From: an uncultured Bacilli bacterium
Lineage (GTDB): Bacteria; Bacillota_I; Bacilli_A; RF39; UBA660
Direction: 5' to 3'
Length of the DNA: 64,000 nucleotides
Assembly (NCBI GenBank): GCA_947625505.1
Contig: CANQON010000003.1
Location: 35,571 to 99,570, forward strand
Position 1 is the stretch's first letter. Every line of letters begins with the position of its first letter. A program made the position numbers and the translations under genes. The notes beneath the pieces were generated by a model that worked only from the letters and a program-made list of their open reading frames with translations, did no database searches and had not been told where the DNA came from. Shown here one piece after another: positions 18,289 through 27,841 of this stretch.

Positions 18289-19302
18289 TTATAATTCTCC
18301 TTTATAACGATATACCTTATGAACAATATCTGTTTCATAATCAACTTGGGATATATCCATATTTTTAATTCTAGCTATTCTTTCACATAATAAGTATGCC
18401 TGTAATGTTAAGTCATATTCTCCAACTAAGGGATCTTGATAATGACTTTCTAAGAGGATAATATCTTTATAATAAGGCTTTAATAATTCAAGAAAAAGAT
18501 TATCAATTTCTTTTCTACCATTAATTAAATAAATTAGAGTATGCTTATGTTCATTGTGCGAAATCATGTTAGAGCGTCCATGGCAATAAGCATATTTTTC
18601 ATGTACAATAGGTATTCCTATACCTGATTCTGTTAAGGAAGATTCTAAAGCTTTACTAGCTGTATATGTATAATCGCCTGACATTATTTCAAATACTTCT
18701 ACATTTAAACTATCAGGATTTATTTTACTTATTTCTTCTTTATGTAAGGGATAAATAGTATTAAGTAAGTTATGTAGATAAGTATTGCCATTAAGACCTT
18801 GATTATTTAAATATATTTTTAGGAATTCGCCCATTGGTATAAGTGTAGTAGCAATTGATATAAAACTTTTTTCTTCATCCATATTGGGATAATATAGACG
18901 TATTTCATTAGGTGTTAAAGATTCTTTATTAGCATGAACTAATAAAGATTGGCTAGGAAATATTTCTAAAGCTTTATTTATAGCGTATGTTTTGCCACTC
19001 CAAGAGAAGGCGATTAAGTTATCACTATTTTTACTATATAAAATATCTCTAGGTTCTTTAGTGATACTCTGCTTTACTAGAGTAAATTGTTCTAATGTTT
19101 TGGATGCATAATAAGCTGTTATATAAGATCCTCCTGTACCAATAGTTGTTATATTACCGCCTATCCTAATACTAGAAAGTTGATTAAGATGATAATCTAA
19201 TTTATCAGTATCGATATTTTCATTTGCCTTTATTAGTCTAGGTAATAGTTTCGACATTGTTTCATCCATTGAAGCAGAGTGTTGATGATTTGTTCTTTTC
19301 AT
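18289..19302 (-). CDS. SIS (sugar isomerase/phosphosugar-binding) domain-like protein
   Basis: TTIGTGGSYITAYYASKTLE and AFSWSGKTYAINKAL resemble the SIS G-x-G-x-S / S-x-SG-x-T motifs. Its stop lies 1 nt from the next gene's start. Confidence 0.45.
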   Translation of the reverse strand: MKRTNHQHSASMDETMSKLLPRLIKANENIDTDKLDYHLNQLSSIRIGGNITTIGTGGSYITAYYASKTLEQFTLVKQSITKEPRDILYSKNSDNLIAFSWSGKTYAINKALEIFPSQSLLVHANKESLTPNEIRLYYPNMDEEKSFISIATTLIPMGEFLKIYLNNQGLNGNTYLHNLLNTIYPLHKEEISKINPDSLNVEVFEIMSGDYTYTASKALESSLTESGIGIPIVHEKYAYCHGRSNMISHNEHKHTLIYLINGRKEIDNLFLELLKPYYKDIILLESHYQDPLVGEYDLTLQAYLLCERIARIKNMDISQVDYETDIVHKVYRYKGEL

Positions 19303-19361
19303 AAAAAATTTCCTCCCTGTGATTTAAAAATATCACTAGAAGAGGAAATATTTATGTCAGA

Positions 19362-19961
19362 TTAAAAATTTTCATCCAATAATTTATATTCTCTAATACG
19401 TTTTAATTCAAAGTGACGGATGTCACCTCTTAGTTCACAATGGGCAGCACAGTACCAACCATCTTGGAAAAGAAACATTTCACAAGGACATATCTTACGT
19501 TTATTTTCACCTTTGTTATATGAATAATAAAGTATTTCAACTTTTCTTCTTTCTTTAATAGCGCGTACAAGTACGTTATATTTATTTAATGTTTCATCTT
19601 TGAGATTTAGTTCTAAAGCTTCATTTTGACTACCAATATATACACCTTTAATCTTATCTTGAAGAAGAATTAGTTCTTCTTTTTTTCTTTTATCAGTTTC
19701 TTTTAAAATATAGTTATCTAATAGTTTATAGTCTTTAGATTGAAATTTTCTTAAAGGTAGTCTTATAGTTTGATTCAGTACGTATCCCCCATAAGGCCCT
19801 CTTATTGTATCAATATATATACCTGCTTTATCAAGTTCATCTTTATAATGTCTTATCATTCTAGGTGATACTTCTAGTTCCTTAGATAGTTCTTCAATAC
19901 TATATTTCTTACCTGTATTAAGTAGTTGTAATAAAGTAAGGATATTAGATATTTTAGACAT
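19362..19961 (-). CDS. HTH + WYL domain transcriptional regulator
   Basis: N-terminal HTH_11-like region (LLQLLNTGKKYSIEELSKELEVSPRMIRHYKDEL). C-terminal WYL-like region (FQDGWYCAAHCELRGDIRHFELKRI). Confidence 0.75.
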   Translation of the reverse strand: MSKISNILTLLQLLNTGKKYSIEELSKELEVSPRMIRHYKDELDKAGIYIDTIRGPYGGYVLNQTIRLPLRKFQSKDYKLLDNYILKETDKRKKEELILLQDKIKGVYIGSQNEALELNLKDETLNKYNVLVRAIKERRKVEILYYSYNKGENKRKICPCEMFLFQDGWYCAAHCELRGDIRHFELKRIREYKLLDENF

Positions 19962-20005
19962 CGTATCACTTCTTTCATTTGTTATTATAACATAATAAAA
20001 AAGGG

Positions 20006-20908
20006 TTAGTCATTATCCCTTTTTACTTTTTTCATAGATTGATTATTAGGCATTAATGAGTGCCAATCACCTTTAGGTAAGAAAGATGATATATCTCCTT
20101 TAGCGTTTTTAATTCTTATAAAAGCATTCCATTCTGCTTCACTAAGTACTTCTTTAAAATGATGACGATAGAATTCATTCCATGCAAAATAAGATGGAGT
20201 AGGTATAATATGTTTATCTAGTTCAGGTTTAGGTAAGTCAACACCAAATCTTGTTGTTTGATAAGCTAGATATTCTAATCCATATTCTTCTTCTGTTAAA
20301 TCTATACTAGCAATACGTCCTTTAGCTATATCATGTTTACAACGCCATATATGATAGCTTAAAGCATCGATATTTAGCCATAAGTCAACTTCTGAATAGT
20401 CTTTAACTAAACTAGGATTAATAATACCAGGATATATACCATAGATATGTTCTTCTTGTTCTCTTTTTAATCTTCTTTCTGGTGTATCGATATAGTCTTC
20501 AATTTTTCTTGAACCAAATAAGGTTAAGTTATGTAGTTTAGCGCCTTTACTAAAGGCACGACCATTTACGACCTGAATTAATCTTTTTTCAGGATCTTTC
20601 ATATCCCATTCAATAGTTGGTCTAGCGTCTTCTTCTTTTTCATGACTACCTTGTAATAAGTAACGACAAATAGGTTTAGTTCCTGTAGCCATTTCTTCCA
20701 TTAAAGGAGTTAATTCTGTTAATAATTCTTCATGATTATGACTAACAGTTAGTAATAAATATTCTCCACTTTTATATGTTATATAAATATTTTTATTGTT
20801 TAATGTTCCTTCAATACGTTCACCAATAGCATATGAGTCAAATTTTTTACCAAAGTGTCTAGATAATTTTGTTGCTAAATCATAAGCATTTAAAGCTAAT
20901 TTTTCCAT
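20006..20908 (-). CDS. Hypothetical protein
   Basis: Start is taken at MEKLALN (RBS AAGGAGGA) rather than the upstream ATG at 20944. No motif recognised. Confidence 0.5.
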   Translation of the reverse strand: MEKLALNAYDLATKLSRHFGKKFDSYAIGERIEGTLNNKNIYITYKSGEYLLLTVSHNHEELLTELTPLMEEMATGTKPICRYLLQGSHEKEEDARPTIEWDMKDPEKRLIQVVNGRAFSKGAKLHNLTLFGSRKIEDYIDTPERRLKREQEEHIYGIYPGIINPSLVKDYSEVDLWLNIDALSYHIWRCKHDIAKGRIASIDLTEEEYGLEYLAYQTTRFGVDLPKPELDKHIIPTPSYFAWNEFYRHHFKEVLSEAEWNAFIRIKNAKGDISSFLPKGDWHSLMPNNQSMKKVKRDND

Positions 20909-21119
20909 AGGAATCCTCCTTGATAGTTGTTTATTATAGCACATTATCTTATAAAAGCAAGTTAAAATTATGTAAATCTTTTGACATATAGTTTACTAAC
21001 TATAAAATAATCTATCAATAATATTACTAAAAAAATATAAATATCAATAAAAAATGTTAGACATATATTTAACTTTGTAGTATAGTAGAGAAAGTTTTTT
21101 TGGTGAAAGGAGGATATAT

Positions 21120-22118
21120 ATGTTATGTAAGTATGATTTTGTTAATACCTTTTTTAATGAAATATGTTCTATTGATGGAATGAGTGTCGTTATAGAAGAT
21201 AATAAAGCTCGACTAATTCCTCCTAAAAGTAAGTATTATTATATGCCTCCAATCATTATTAATGATTTAAGTAGACTTAATATTGCTCTAGGGGAATATA
21301 TATATGCTGTTATGTGTACACATATTCGTTCAACGATAATGGATAAAAGACATGATGTAAAATATTTCTTAGGTATTTTAAATAAAAATCTTAGTAATTA
21401 TGATAGTTTGCATTTTGAAGAATATGTGGAAAACTATACACATTTTATTTTAGATGAAACTTTTTCTAAATATAAAGATAAAACATTAGTTGGTAGAGCA
21501 GGTGAATATGATTTATTAGTTAAAAGATCTGAGGAATATTATGGATTAGAAACACCTTATCTTTTTAAAGCCTTTAAGAAAAATAAGCATATAGAATATG
21601 AGCTTCCTTTAATTAGATATGGCATATATACTAATAAAAAAGGGGAGAAAGTAGTTAGGATATATGCTATTCAAAGAAAAAGAAATTATGTTAATAATTC
21701 CTTGGTTCAAGATGTTAAAGCTTCTTTTAGGCCTATTAATTCAGGTGTTAAAGATTATCGTGATGTTGCACCTAGTATGGTAGCTTGTTTAACTATGTTT
21801 GTTAGTTTATTACATCAAGAAGGAATAAGACATATTGAAGCTGTTGATTATGTACCTAGAAGATATACTCATTTTTTAGGAGCTAAAACAGAGGAAGAAA
21901 GAGATCTTATTCAGTATAGAGCTACGAATAAGTTTTTAAAATTGTTTTTAAGATTAAGTAATCAAATAGATGGATTTAATATTACTAGTGTTCCTAATGA
22001 TATTGATTCTTTCTTACATATTACTTTAGATGATGAATTAGTGTGCAAAAGTAAAAACTTACTTCCTTATTTAGTAAGTAGTGAACATGAAAAAGTATAT
22101 ATCAAAAAAGAAAAGTGA
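21120..22118 (+). CDS. Hypothetical protein
   Basis: 332-aa ORF with RBS AAGGAGGA. A candidate promoter TAGACA-17-TATAGT lies upstream. No motif recognised. Confidence 0.5.
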   Translation: MLCKYDFVNTFFNEICSIDGMSVVIEDNKARLIPPKSKYYYMPPIIINDLSRLNIALGEYIYAVMCTHIRSTIMDKRHDVKYFLGILNKNLSNYDSLHFEEYVENYTHFILDETFSKYKDKTLVGRAGEYDLLVKRSEEYYGLETPYLFKAFKKNKHIEYELPLIRYGIYTNKKGEKVVRIYAIQRKRNYVNNSLVQDVKASFRPINSGVKDYRDVAPSMVACLTMFVSLLHQEGIRHIEAVDYVPRRYTHFLGAKTEEERDLIQYRATNKFLKLFLRLSNQIDGFNITSVPNDIDSFLHITLDDELVCKSKNLLPYLVSSEHEKVYIKKEK

Positions 22119-22120
22119 TT

Positions 22121-22618
22121 TTACTTTTCTTTTTTCTTTTGCTTACAATTATTTGGTGTTATAGGAAAATTTATGAACATGGAACTAAAGGCATAAGCGA
22201 TATCTTGATGACGACTACCTGACATACAAAAAGATATGTAGCAGGATTTAGTAGCTCTTCCCATTATATCTTTAGGACTTCTTATAAAGCTTATTATAAA
22301 CGCATCTTCATTATTAATTATTTGTAGTGAACTATGCTCTTCGATTATACCATAAGCTTCACTATACCAAGTAAAAACATTATTTTTTAAAGTAGACTCC
22401 CATTTATCATCTTTCTTTTTTATAACCTGGAAAACCTTTTTTAAAGGAATATATAAAGGATTATTTTTATCAATAATAAATTCATTTCCATCATAATAGT
22501 CATTCATAATATAGTAAAAATCTGCTCCTCCAAACTCCATATGAAATTGACTACCATTATCATTTATTACTGTTAATATGTCCTTATTAGAATCGTTAGT
22601 TTGCTTAATTATTTCCAT
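22121..22618 (-). CDS. Hypothetical protein
   Basis: 165-aa ORF with RBS AGGAGTGA. No motif recognised. Confidence 0.45.
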   Translation of the reverse strand: MEIIKQTNDSNKDILTVINDNGSQFHMEFGGADFYYIMNDYYDGNEFIIDKNNPLYIPLKKVFQVIKKKDDKWESTLKNNVFTWYSEAYGIIEEHSSLQIINNEDAFIISFIRSPKDIMGRATKSCYISFCMSGSRHQDIAYAFSSMFINFPITPNNCKQKKKEK

Positions 22619-22671
22619 ATAATCACTCCTAGTAGTTTCTTATTATAGCATAAAAAAAGGATATTACATCC

Positions 22672-23529
22672 TTAATTGTTTTTAAATATAATAATTGTTT
22701 TTTCACGCCCAAAATTATTTAGATCAGCTAAAGATTTTTTATTTATATATTCTTCAAAATGTTTTTCATCAAAATTAATTAATTCATCAATAAATTCTTT
22801 TTCATGCAAGTAGTTATAAAAGCCATCACTATAAAGAATAGCTAAATCATCTTTTTCAAGAGTGACAAATCCTGACTTTATAAAATAAGTAGCTTCTTTT
22901 TGACCTGTTAAAGATCCATATGATACACAATGATTATCAATAATCATGTTAGGATTATTACGATAATTTTTATGTGTTTCTTTTCTTACTTCTGGTAAAT
23001 CCCAAGAACCTAATTTTTCTATATAAGGATCACTAATTGTTAACTTATCATCAGTTGTTTGAAATTTTATCTTTCCATTCTTATCATATACTATGACACC
23101 ACAGTCACATATATATGCATAATTTAATATGTTATTTTTTAATTTAAGACATGATGCCACTGCACCAAAATAATCATTTTGAAGATAATCACAATTTGAA
23201 ATTAATTCATCATTAATTTCTTTTGATCTTTGATTACAACTAACTAGTTTTTCTTTTAATGTACCTTGAGTACTTATAAATGTTTTAACTAATTCTTTAG
23301 CTAAGTATTCTGATCCACTTGGTTTGGGATACTTATCCAACATTTCTTTAGCCGTATACATTGAATAGTTTAATACTCCTATAGGATCTCTTGTTACACC
23401 ATCAACAATAACTCCTTCATTATTATTAGCATAATATTGATCTTCAATAGGGAAGTTAGTATAACTTAATGTATCGGTTTGCGCAAATGTTTTCTTATAA
23501 ATTAACATTTTAATTGCCTTCCTAACCAC
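22672..23529 (-). CDS. PP2C-like (PPM-family) phosphatase domain protein
   Basis: The acidic motif pair VIVDGVTRD ... LAILYSDGFYNYL resembles the metal-binding DG / SDG motifs of PP2C_2-type proteins. Weak assignment. Confidence 0.4.
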   Translation of the reverse strand: MVRKAIKMLIYKKTFAQTDTLSYTNFPIEDQYYANNNEGVIVDGVTRDPIGVLNYSMYTAKEMLDKYPKPSGSEYLAKELVKTFISTQGTLKEKLVSCNQRSKEINDELISNCDYLQNDYFGAVASCLKLKNNILNYAYICDCGVIVYDKNGKIKFQTTDDKLTISDPYIEKLGSWDLPEVRKETHKNYRNNPNMIIDNHCVSYGSLTGQKEATYFIKSGFVTLEKDDLAILYSDGFYNYLHEKEFIDELINFDEKHFEEYINKKSLADLNNFGREKTIIIFKNN

Positions 23530-23721
23530 GCAAATTACTTCTTTGCATTATCTATTTTAGCACATTTTTATAGATATGAAACTAAAAAAGAGAAAAAAAT
23601 ATATTTAAAATATGATATACTATATCTAGAAATGATTGTATAATAAAAAAATATCAATTAAGATTGATATTTAATTTAATTAAATGGTGCCCTAAAGGAA
23701 GAAGTACGACAACTTAGCTTT

Positions 23722-24288
23722 TTAAATTCCTTTTAAAATTTCCGGGAAAGAATTATATCCAGCTTCTTCATTTAAATGCCCACCATTATGTATTATGACT
23801 TCTTTAGCATTTATAGATTCAACAAATTTTTTTAAAACATCTTGTGGTATATATGGATCATTATCACCATATATACATACTATTTCTTTTACATAATCTT
23901 TAATTTTAGATATTTCACAATCATTAACATAATAAGATGGATTTAATTTATTATGAATATCATTTTCGTCTGGTGATAAATAATTATTAAAGCCACTAAC
24001 TAAAATTAATTTTTTTATACTTATTTTATTTTCTAAAATATATTTTAATGCACATATACTTCCCGTTGAATGACCTATAATAATGGTATTTTCATTCATT
24101 AAATTAAAATCTTTATTATAAACATCAATAATTTTTTTCCACTCACTATAAATATGATGTTTATCATCAATTGGGAATTGAGGTATTATACATAAGCAAT
24201 CTTGACTATCTACTTTTTCCTTAAACCAAGGAAACCAATTTTCAATATTACTACCTTTAAATCCATGAATAATAAAATAATTTTTCAT
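23722..24288 (-). CDS. RBBP9/YdeN-family alpha/beta serine hydrolase
   Basis: IIHGFKGSNIENWFPWF at the N-terminus, nucleophile elbow GHSTG, distal GGHLN. ~188 aa. Confidence 0.6.
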   Translation of the reverse strand: MKNYFIIHGFKGSNIENWFPWFKEKVDSQDCLCIIPQFPIDDKHHIYSEWKKIIDVYNKDFNLMNENTIIIGHSTGSICALKYILENKISIKKLILVSGFNNYLSPDENDIHNKLNPSYYVNDCEISKIKDYVKEIVCIYGDNDPYIPQDVLKKFVESINAKEVIIHNGGHLNEEAGYNSFPEILKGI

Positions 24289-24378
24289 TTTCTATCTCCT
24301 ATTTGATGTAGATTTGCATATTGGCTTGTCAATTTGCAAGTGTGTTTTCTAAATTGTCATAAATTTTTATAAAATATA

Positions 24379-24407
24379 TTGTATTAGGAACAAATGTTTG
24401 ATATAAT
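24379..24407 (+). promoter_or_regulatory. Promoter TTGTAT-17-(TGa)TATAAT for the small hydrophobic ORF
   Basis: -35 TTGTAT at 24379..24384, 17-nt spacer, extended -10 TGATATAAT at 24399..24407. Confidence 0.55.
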
Positions 24408-24469
24408 TTTTATAGGAATATTTGACAGTTGAGTGCTTGCCAACTTCTAAAAGGAAGGAGGCTGATAGT

Positions 24470-24553
24470 ATGTTTAAGAAAGATTTTTTAATCTTATCAC
24501 TTATTCTTATTATCTTTTTACTAATAGCCTTACTTTTTACTTTTGTAATATAG
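24470..24553 (+). CDS. 27-aa hydrophobic peptide MFKKDFLILSLILIIFLLIALLFTFVI (candidate type I toxin)
   Basis: Not in the track. Strong RBS AAGGAAGGAGG lies 8 nt upstream. It has the KK-then-single-TM architecture. A 10-bp inverted repeat brackets it (TTGAGTGCTT 24429..24438 / AAGCACTCAA 24571..24580). Confidence 0.45.
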   Translation: MFKKDFLILSLILIIFLLIALLFTFVI

Positions 24554-24562
24554 TACTCTATG

Positions 24563-24599
24563 TAAAAGAAAAGCACTCAATCTAACAAGATTAAGTGCT
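24563..24599 (-). terminator. Minus-strand intrinsic terminator
   Basis: Minus strand reads AGCACTTAATC-TTGTTA-GATTGAGTGCT (11-bp stem with one G-U pair) followed by TTTCTTTT. Confidence 0.65.
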
Positions 24600-24674
24600 A
24601 ACCAATATATTGGTGAGTACTCAACATTGCGTTGTTAAGTATTCCCTTTTTTATTTTATGCAAGTTTCCTTGAC
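24565..24674 (-). ncRNA. Candidate ~110-nt antisense sRNA converging on the 3' end of the small-ORF mRNA
   Basis: A minus-strand promoter TTGTAA-17-(TGt)TATGAT lies at 24709..24681, and the terminator sits at 24599..24563. The boundaries are inferred, not observed. Confidence 0.3.
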
Positions 24675-24754
24675 ATATACATCATAACATAAAAGCAATC
24701 TTTTTACAAGTCGTTTTCTATTTTCACTCGAGTTTTCCGAGTTTCCTATCAATA

Positions 24755-24841
24755 TGGTGCCTGTGGTGGGACTCGAACCCACACGATATTGCTACCACTG
24801 GATTTTGAGTCCAGCGCGTCTACCAATTCCGCCACACAGGC
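24755..24841 (-). tRNA. tRNA-Leu (anticodon CAA), class II with long variable arm, encoded CCA
   Basis: The reverse complement folds as acceptor GCCTGTG/CACAGGC, anticodon stem CTGGA/TCCAG with loop CTCAAAA, long variable arm, T-arm GGGTTCGAGTCCC, and 3' ACCA. Confidence 0.93.
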
Positions 24842-24899
24842 ATAAATAGATTATAACATTTTTAATTATTAAAGTAAATCATAGGGGGATGTTTATTAT

Positions 24900-27290
24900 A
24901 TGAAATTTATTAAAAAGTATGGTTGGTATATGTTGTCTTTTTTGTTACCATTAACTGTGTTAGTGGTTTTATTTGCTATTAAAGGTTTATTTACTAATTA
25001 TAGTATTACCTTATCTGATATGCGATTTCAGCAAGCACCAATGTTTAAATATTTACATGATATTTTACATGGTAGTGCGACTTTTCCTTATACATTCTCT
25101 AATGGTTTAGGGGGAACAATGTATGCTAGTCTCTTTTATTATCTAGCAAATCCTATAAATTTATTTGTTTATTTTTTTAATGATATTGATTTATTTTTAA
25201 CTATCTTAATTATTGTTAAAATGTCTTTATGTGGATTTACTATGTTTATTTTTCTAAAGAATAAGTTTAAAACAAATAATGTTTATCTTTTAATATTTAG
25301 TTTAGCCTATGCTTTAATGGGATACAATATCAATTATTACTGTAATATTATGTGGTTAGATGGTGTTATGATGGCACCTTTAGTTCTTTTAGGAATAGAA
25401 AGATTTGTTAATAAAGATAAGCATGTTTTTTATATTATTACTTTGTTTTTAGCAATTATTTTTAATTTTTATACAGGATATATGTTAACAGTCTTTTCAT
25501 GCTTATATTTCTTTTATTTACTTTATAGTAATTATGAAGGGAAACATTTTATTAAAGATAATCGAAAAAAAATATTTAAGTTTATTGGTGTAACTTTTTT
25601 AACGGGATTATTAACTGCTTTTGTTCTTATACCTATAGCTTATCAGTCTTTAAGTTTTGTACGTGTAGAAGAGGAATATAATATTTTTAATTATAGTTTC
25701 TTTGATATTATTGCGGGAAGCTATATTGGTTTTTCTGATGCTTTGTATCCTTTAAATGATTTTGGACTTATTATTTATAGTGGACTCCTTTGGTTACCTC
25801 TTGTTATCAATTATTTATTTAATAAAGAAGTTAAAAAGAGAGAAAAAATTAGTATCGTTATTATTTATTTATTACTAATATTACCTGTTATTATTCAGCC
25901 CTTAAATTATTTATGGCATATGTTTACATATCCTCAAAGATTTAGTTATAGATATAGTTTTTTAGCTGTTTTATTCTCTTTAATTATTAGTGTAAAAGCT
26001 TTTCAAAATATTAATATATCTAAAAAAGTAACAAAGCTATTTTTTATAATTTATTTAATCTTATCAAGTGCTTTAGTATATTTATGCTTTAAAACACCAG
26101 ATTATTATGTTTATTTAACACCATGGAAAATTATATTATCACTAATTGTAGTATCAGTCTATTGTTTATTACTTGTTAAAAATAAAAGAAAATTAATTAT
26201 TGGTTTATTAGCTATGGACTTAATATTTAATATAGGATGGTTTGTTTTTGATTCTAAATTTTTGGCTAAATCAAGTAATCAGCAAACTATCAGTCACTTA
26301 TCTTATTTTGAAGAGCATTGTCAAAATAGTCAAAGATGTGAATCAATATATATTATGAGCTATAATGATGGCTTCTATTTAAATACTAATCCTATAACAG
26401 TATTTAATTCTACTACTAATAAAAAAATAATTGATTTTTTATCAAAAATTAGAGCTTTAGATAATAATCGTAATTTATATGCTTATGGTACATATGACTT
26501 AATAAGTGATATGTTATTAGGTGTAGAATATATTGGAGAAACAAGAGATATAAAAGAGTATACTGTAGTAGATGAAAAAGTCATTGACGATTTACCTGTT
26601 TACACTTACTATAATCCTGATGCTTTAAATATGGGCTTTATGGTATCTAGTAAAATCAAAATATTAGAAAGTGATAATAGGGGATACAAATATCTTAATG
26701 ATGTTTTAATGTCTATGAAAGATGATTCAACTTATTTAATAAAGTTAGATGTTGAAAAAATAAGTGATACTAAATATGTTATTCATAAGAATGAACAGTA
26801 TCCATACATTTATATTGAGTCTAATGAGCCTACTATAAATATTGACAATGACGATTTAAATGATAGTGATTATTATGGTATTTATTTTGATAAAGATTCT
26901 AAAGACGTAGAATTAGTATTTAAAGAAAAACCGAAAAAGTTAGAAGTATATACAGTTAATGTTGATAAACTAAAGAAATTTAAAGAAACAACTACTGAGC
27001 TTGAAATAGAAGTTAATGATGGTAATTATATTAGAGGTATTGTCAAAAATAAGGAAGCTGGGACTTTATTCACAAGCATTATAAATGAAAAAGGATGGAC
27101 TGTTTATGTTGATGGCTATAAAGTTAATCACTTTGAGTTATTAGATTCATTTATAGGTGTTGATGTAGATAAAGGTATCCATATTATAGAATTTAAATAT
27201 AAAACACCTTATTTAGATTTAGGCTTAGGTGTTAGCTTAACAAGTTTAATTATTTTAATTGCTTATGAAATGAAAAGAAGAAAGGATTAA
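24900..27290 (+). CDS. YfhO-family polytopic membrane glycosyltransferase-like protein
   Basis: ~800 aa. The N-terminal pattern FLLPLTVL...SDMRFQQAPMFKYLHD...FSNGLGGTMYASLFYYLANPINL matches what I recall of YfhO proteins. Many TM segments and a C-terminal extracellular domain followed by a final TM. Confidence 0.65.
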   Translation: MKFIKKYGWYMLSFLLPLTVLVVLFAIKGLFTNYSITLSDMRFQQAPMFKYLHDILHGSATFPYTFSNGLGGTMYASLFYYLANPINLFVYFFNDIDLFLTILIIVKMSLCGFTMFIFLKNKFKTNNVYLLIFSLAYALMGYNINYYCNIMWLDGVMMAPLVLLGIERFVNKDKHVFYIITLFLAIIFNFYTGYMLTVFSCLYFFYLLYSNYEGKHFIKDNRKKIFKFIGVTFLTGLLTAFVLIPIAYQSLSFVRVEEEYNIFNYSFFDIIAGSYIGFSDALYPLNDFGLIIYSGLLWLPLVINYLFNKEVKKREKISIVIIYLLLILPVIIQPLNYLWHMFTYPQRFSYRYSFLAVLFSLIISVKAFQNINISKKVTKLFFIIYLILSSALVYLCFKTPDYYVYLTPWKIILSLIVVSVYCLLLVKNKRKLIIGLLAMDLIFNIGWFVFDSKFLAKSSNQQTISHLSYFEEHCQNSQRCESIYIMSYNDGFYLNTNPITVFNSTTNKKIIDFLSKIRALDNNRNLYAYGTYDLISDMLLGVEYIGETRDIKEYTVVDEKVIDDLPVYTYYNPDALNMGFMVSSKIKILESDNRGYKYLNDVLMSMKDDSTYLIKLDVEKISDTKYVIHKNEQYPYIYIESNEPTINIDNDDLNDSDYYGIYFDKDSKDVELVFKEKPKKLEVYTVNVDKLKKFKETTTELEIEVNDGNYIRGIVKNKEAGTLFTSIINEKGWTVYVDGYKVNHFELLDSFIGVDVDKGIHIIEFKYKTPYLDLGLGVSLTSLIILIAYEMKRRKD

Positions 27291-27841
27291 CTTTCTTCTT
27301 TATATTTTGATTCAAATAAATTAGATACTGTATCATCTTGTTCAATAGGTTTTAATTCAGGTAGATCTTTGATACTATTTAGACCAAAGTAATCTAAAAA
27401 GTCATTAGTAACACCATATAATTTAGGTTTACCTGCTAATTCTGCTCTTCCTACTTCTTGAATAAGGTTTTTTAATAGTAATTTTCTAATGACATACGTA
27501 CTATTGACACCCCTTATTTCATCTACTTCTAATCTAGTTATAGGTTCATTATAGGCAATAATTGCTAATGTTTCTATAGCGGATTGACTTAAATTACTAT
27601 TTTCTTCTTCAAATGTTAATTGTTCATAAAGAGCTTTATGTTTTTCTTTAGTCGTTAGTTTATATCTATTACCTAGGAGTTCTAATTGGATGCCACGTTC
27701 ATCACTTTGATAGTCATCATATAATTCACGAATAGCTTTTTTTACTTCTTGATCGTTACTTTTAGTTAGTTCAATTATCTCTTCGAGGGATAATCCATCA
27801 CTACCTTTAACGAAGAGAAGTCCTTCAATCATGGCTTTCAT
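27287..27841 (-). CDS. scpB: Segregation and condensation protein B
   Basis: IEGLLFVKGSDGLSLEEI ... IETLAIIAYNEPITRLEVDEIRGVNS. Immediately downstream of scpA with a 1-nt overlap. Confidence 0.88.
   Translation of the reverse strand: MKAMIEGLLFVKGSDGLSLEEIIELTKSNDQEVKKAIRELYDDYQSDERGIQLELLGNRYKLTTKEKHKALYEQLTFEEENSNLSQSAIETLAIIAYNEPITRLEVDEIRGVNSTYVIRKLLLKNLIQEVGRAELAGKPKLYGVTNDFLDYFGLNSIKDLPELKPIEQDDTVSNLFESKYKEES

Noticed and set aside
24367-24576. 69-aa minus-strand ORF from the track.
   Set aside because: It is antisense to a short plus-strand ORF that has a strong RBS and promoter. It has no RBS of its own and spans a predicted terminator, so it was treated as spurious.
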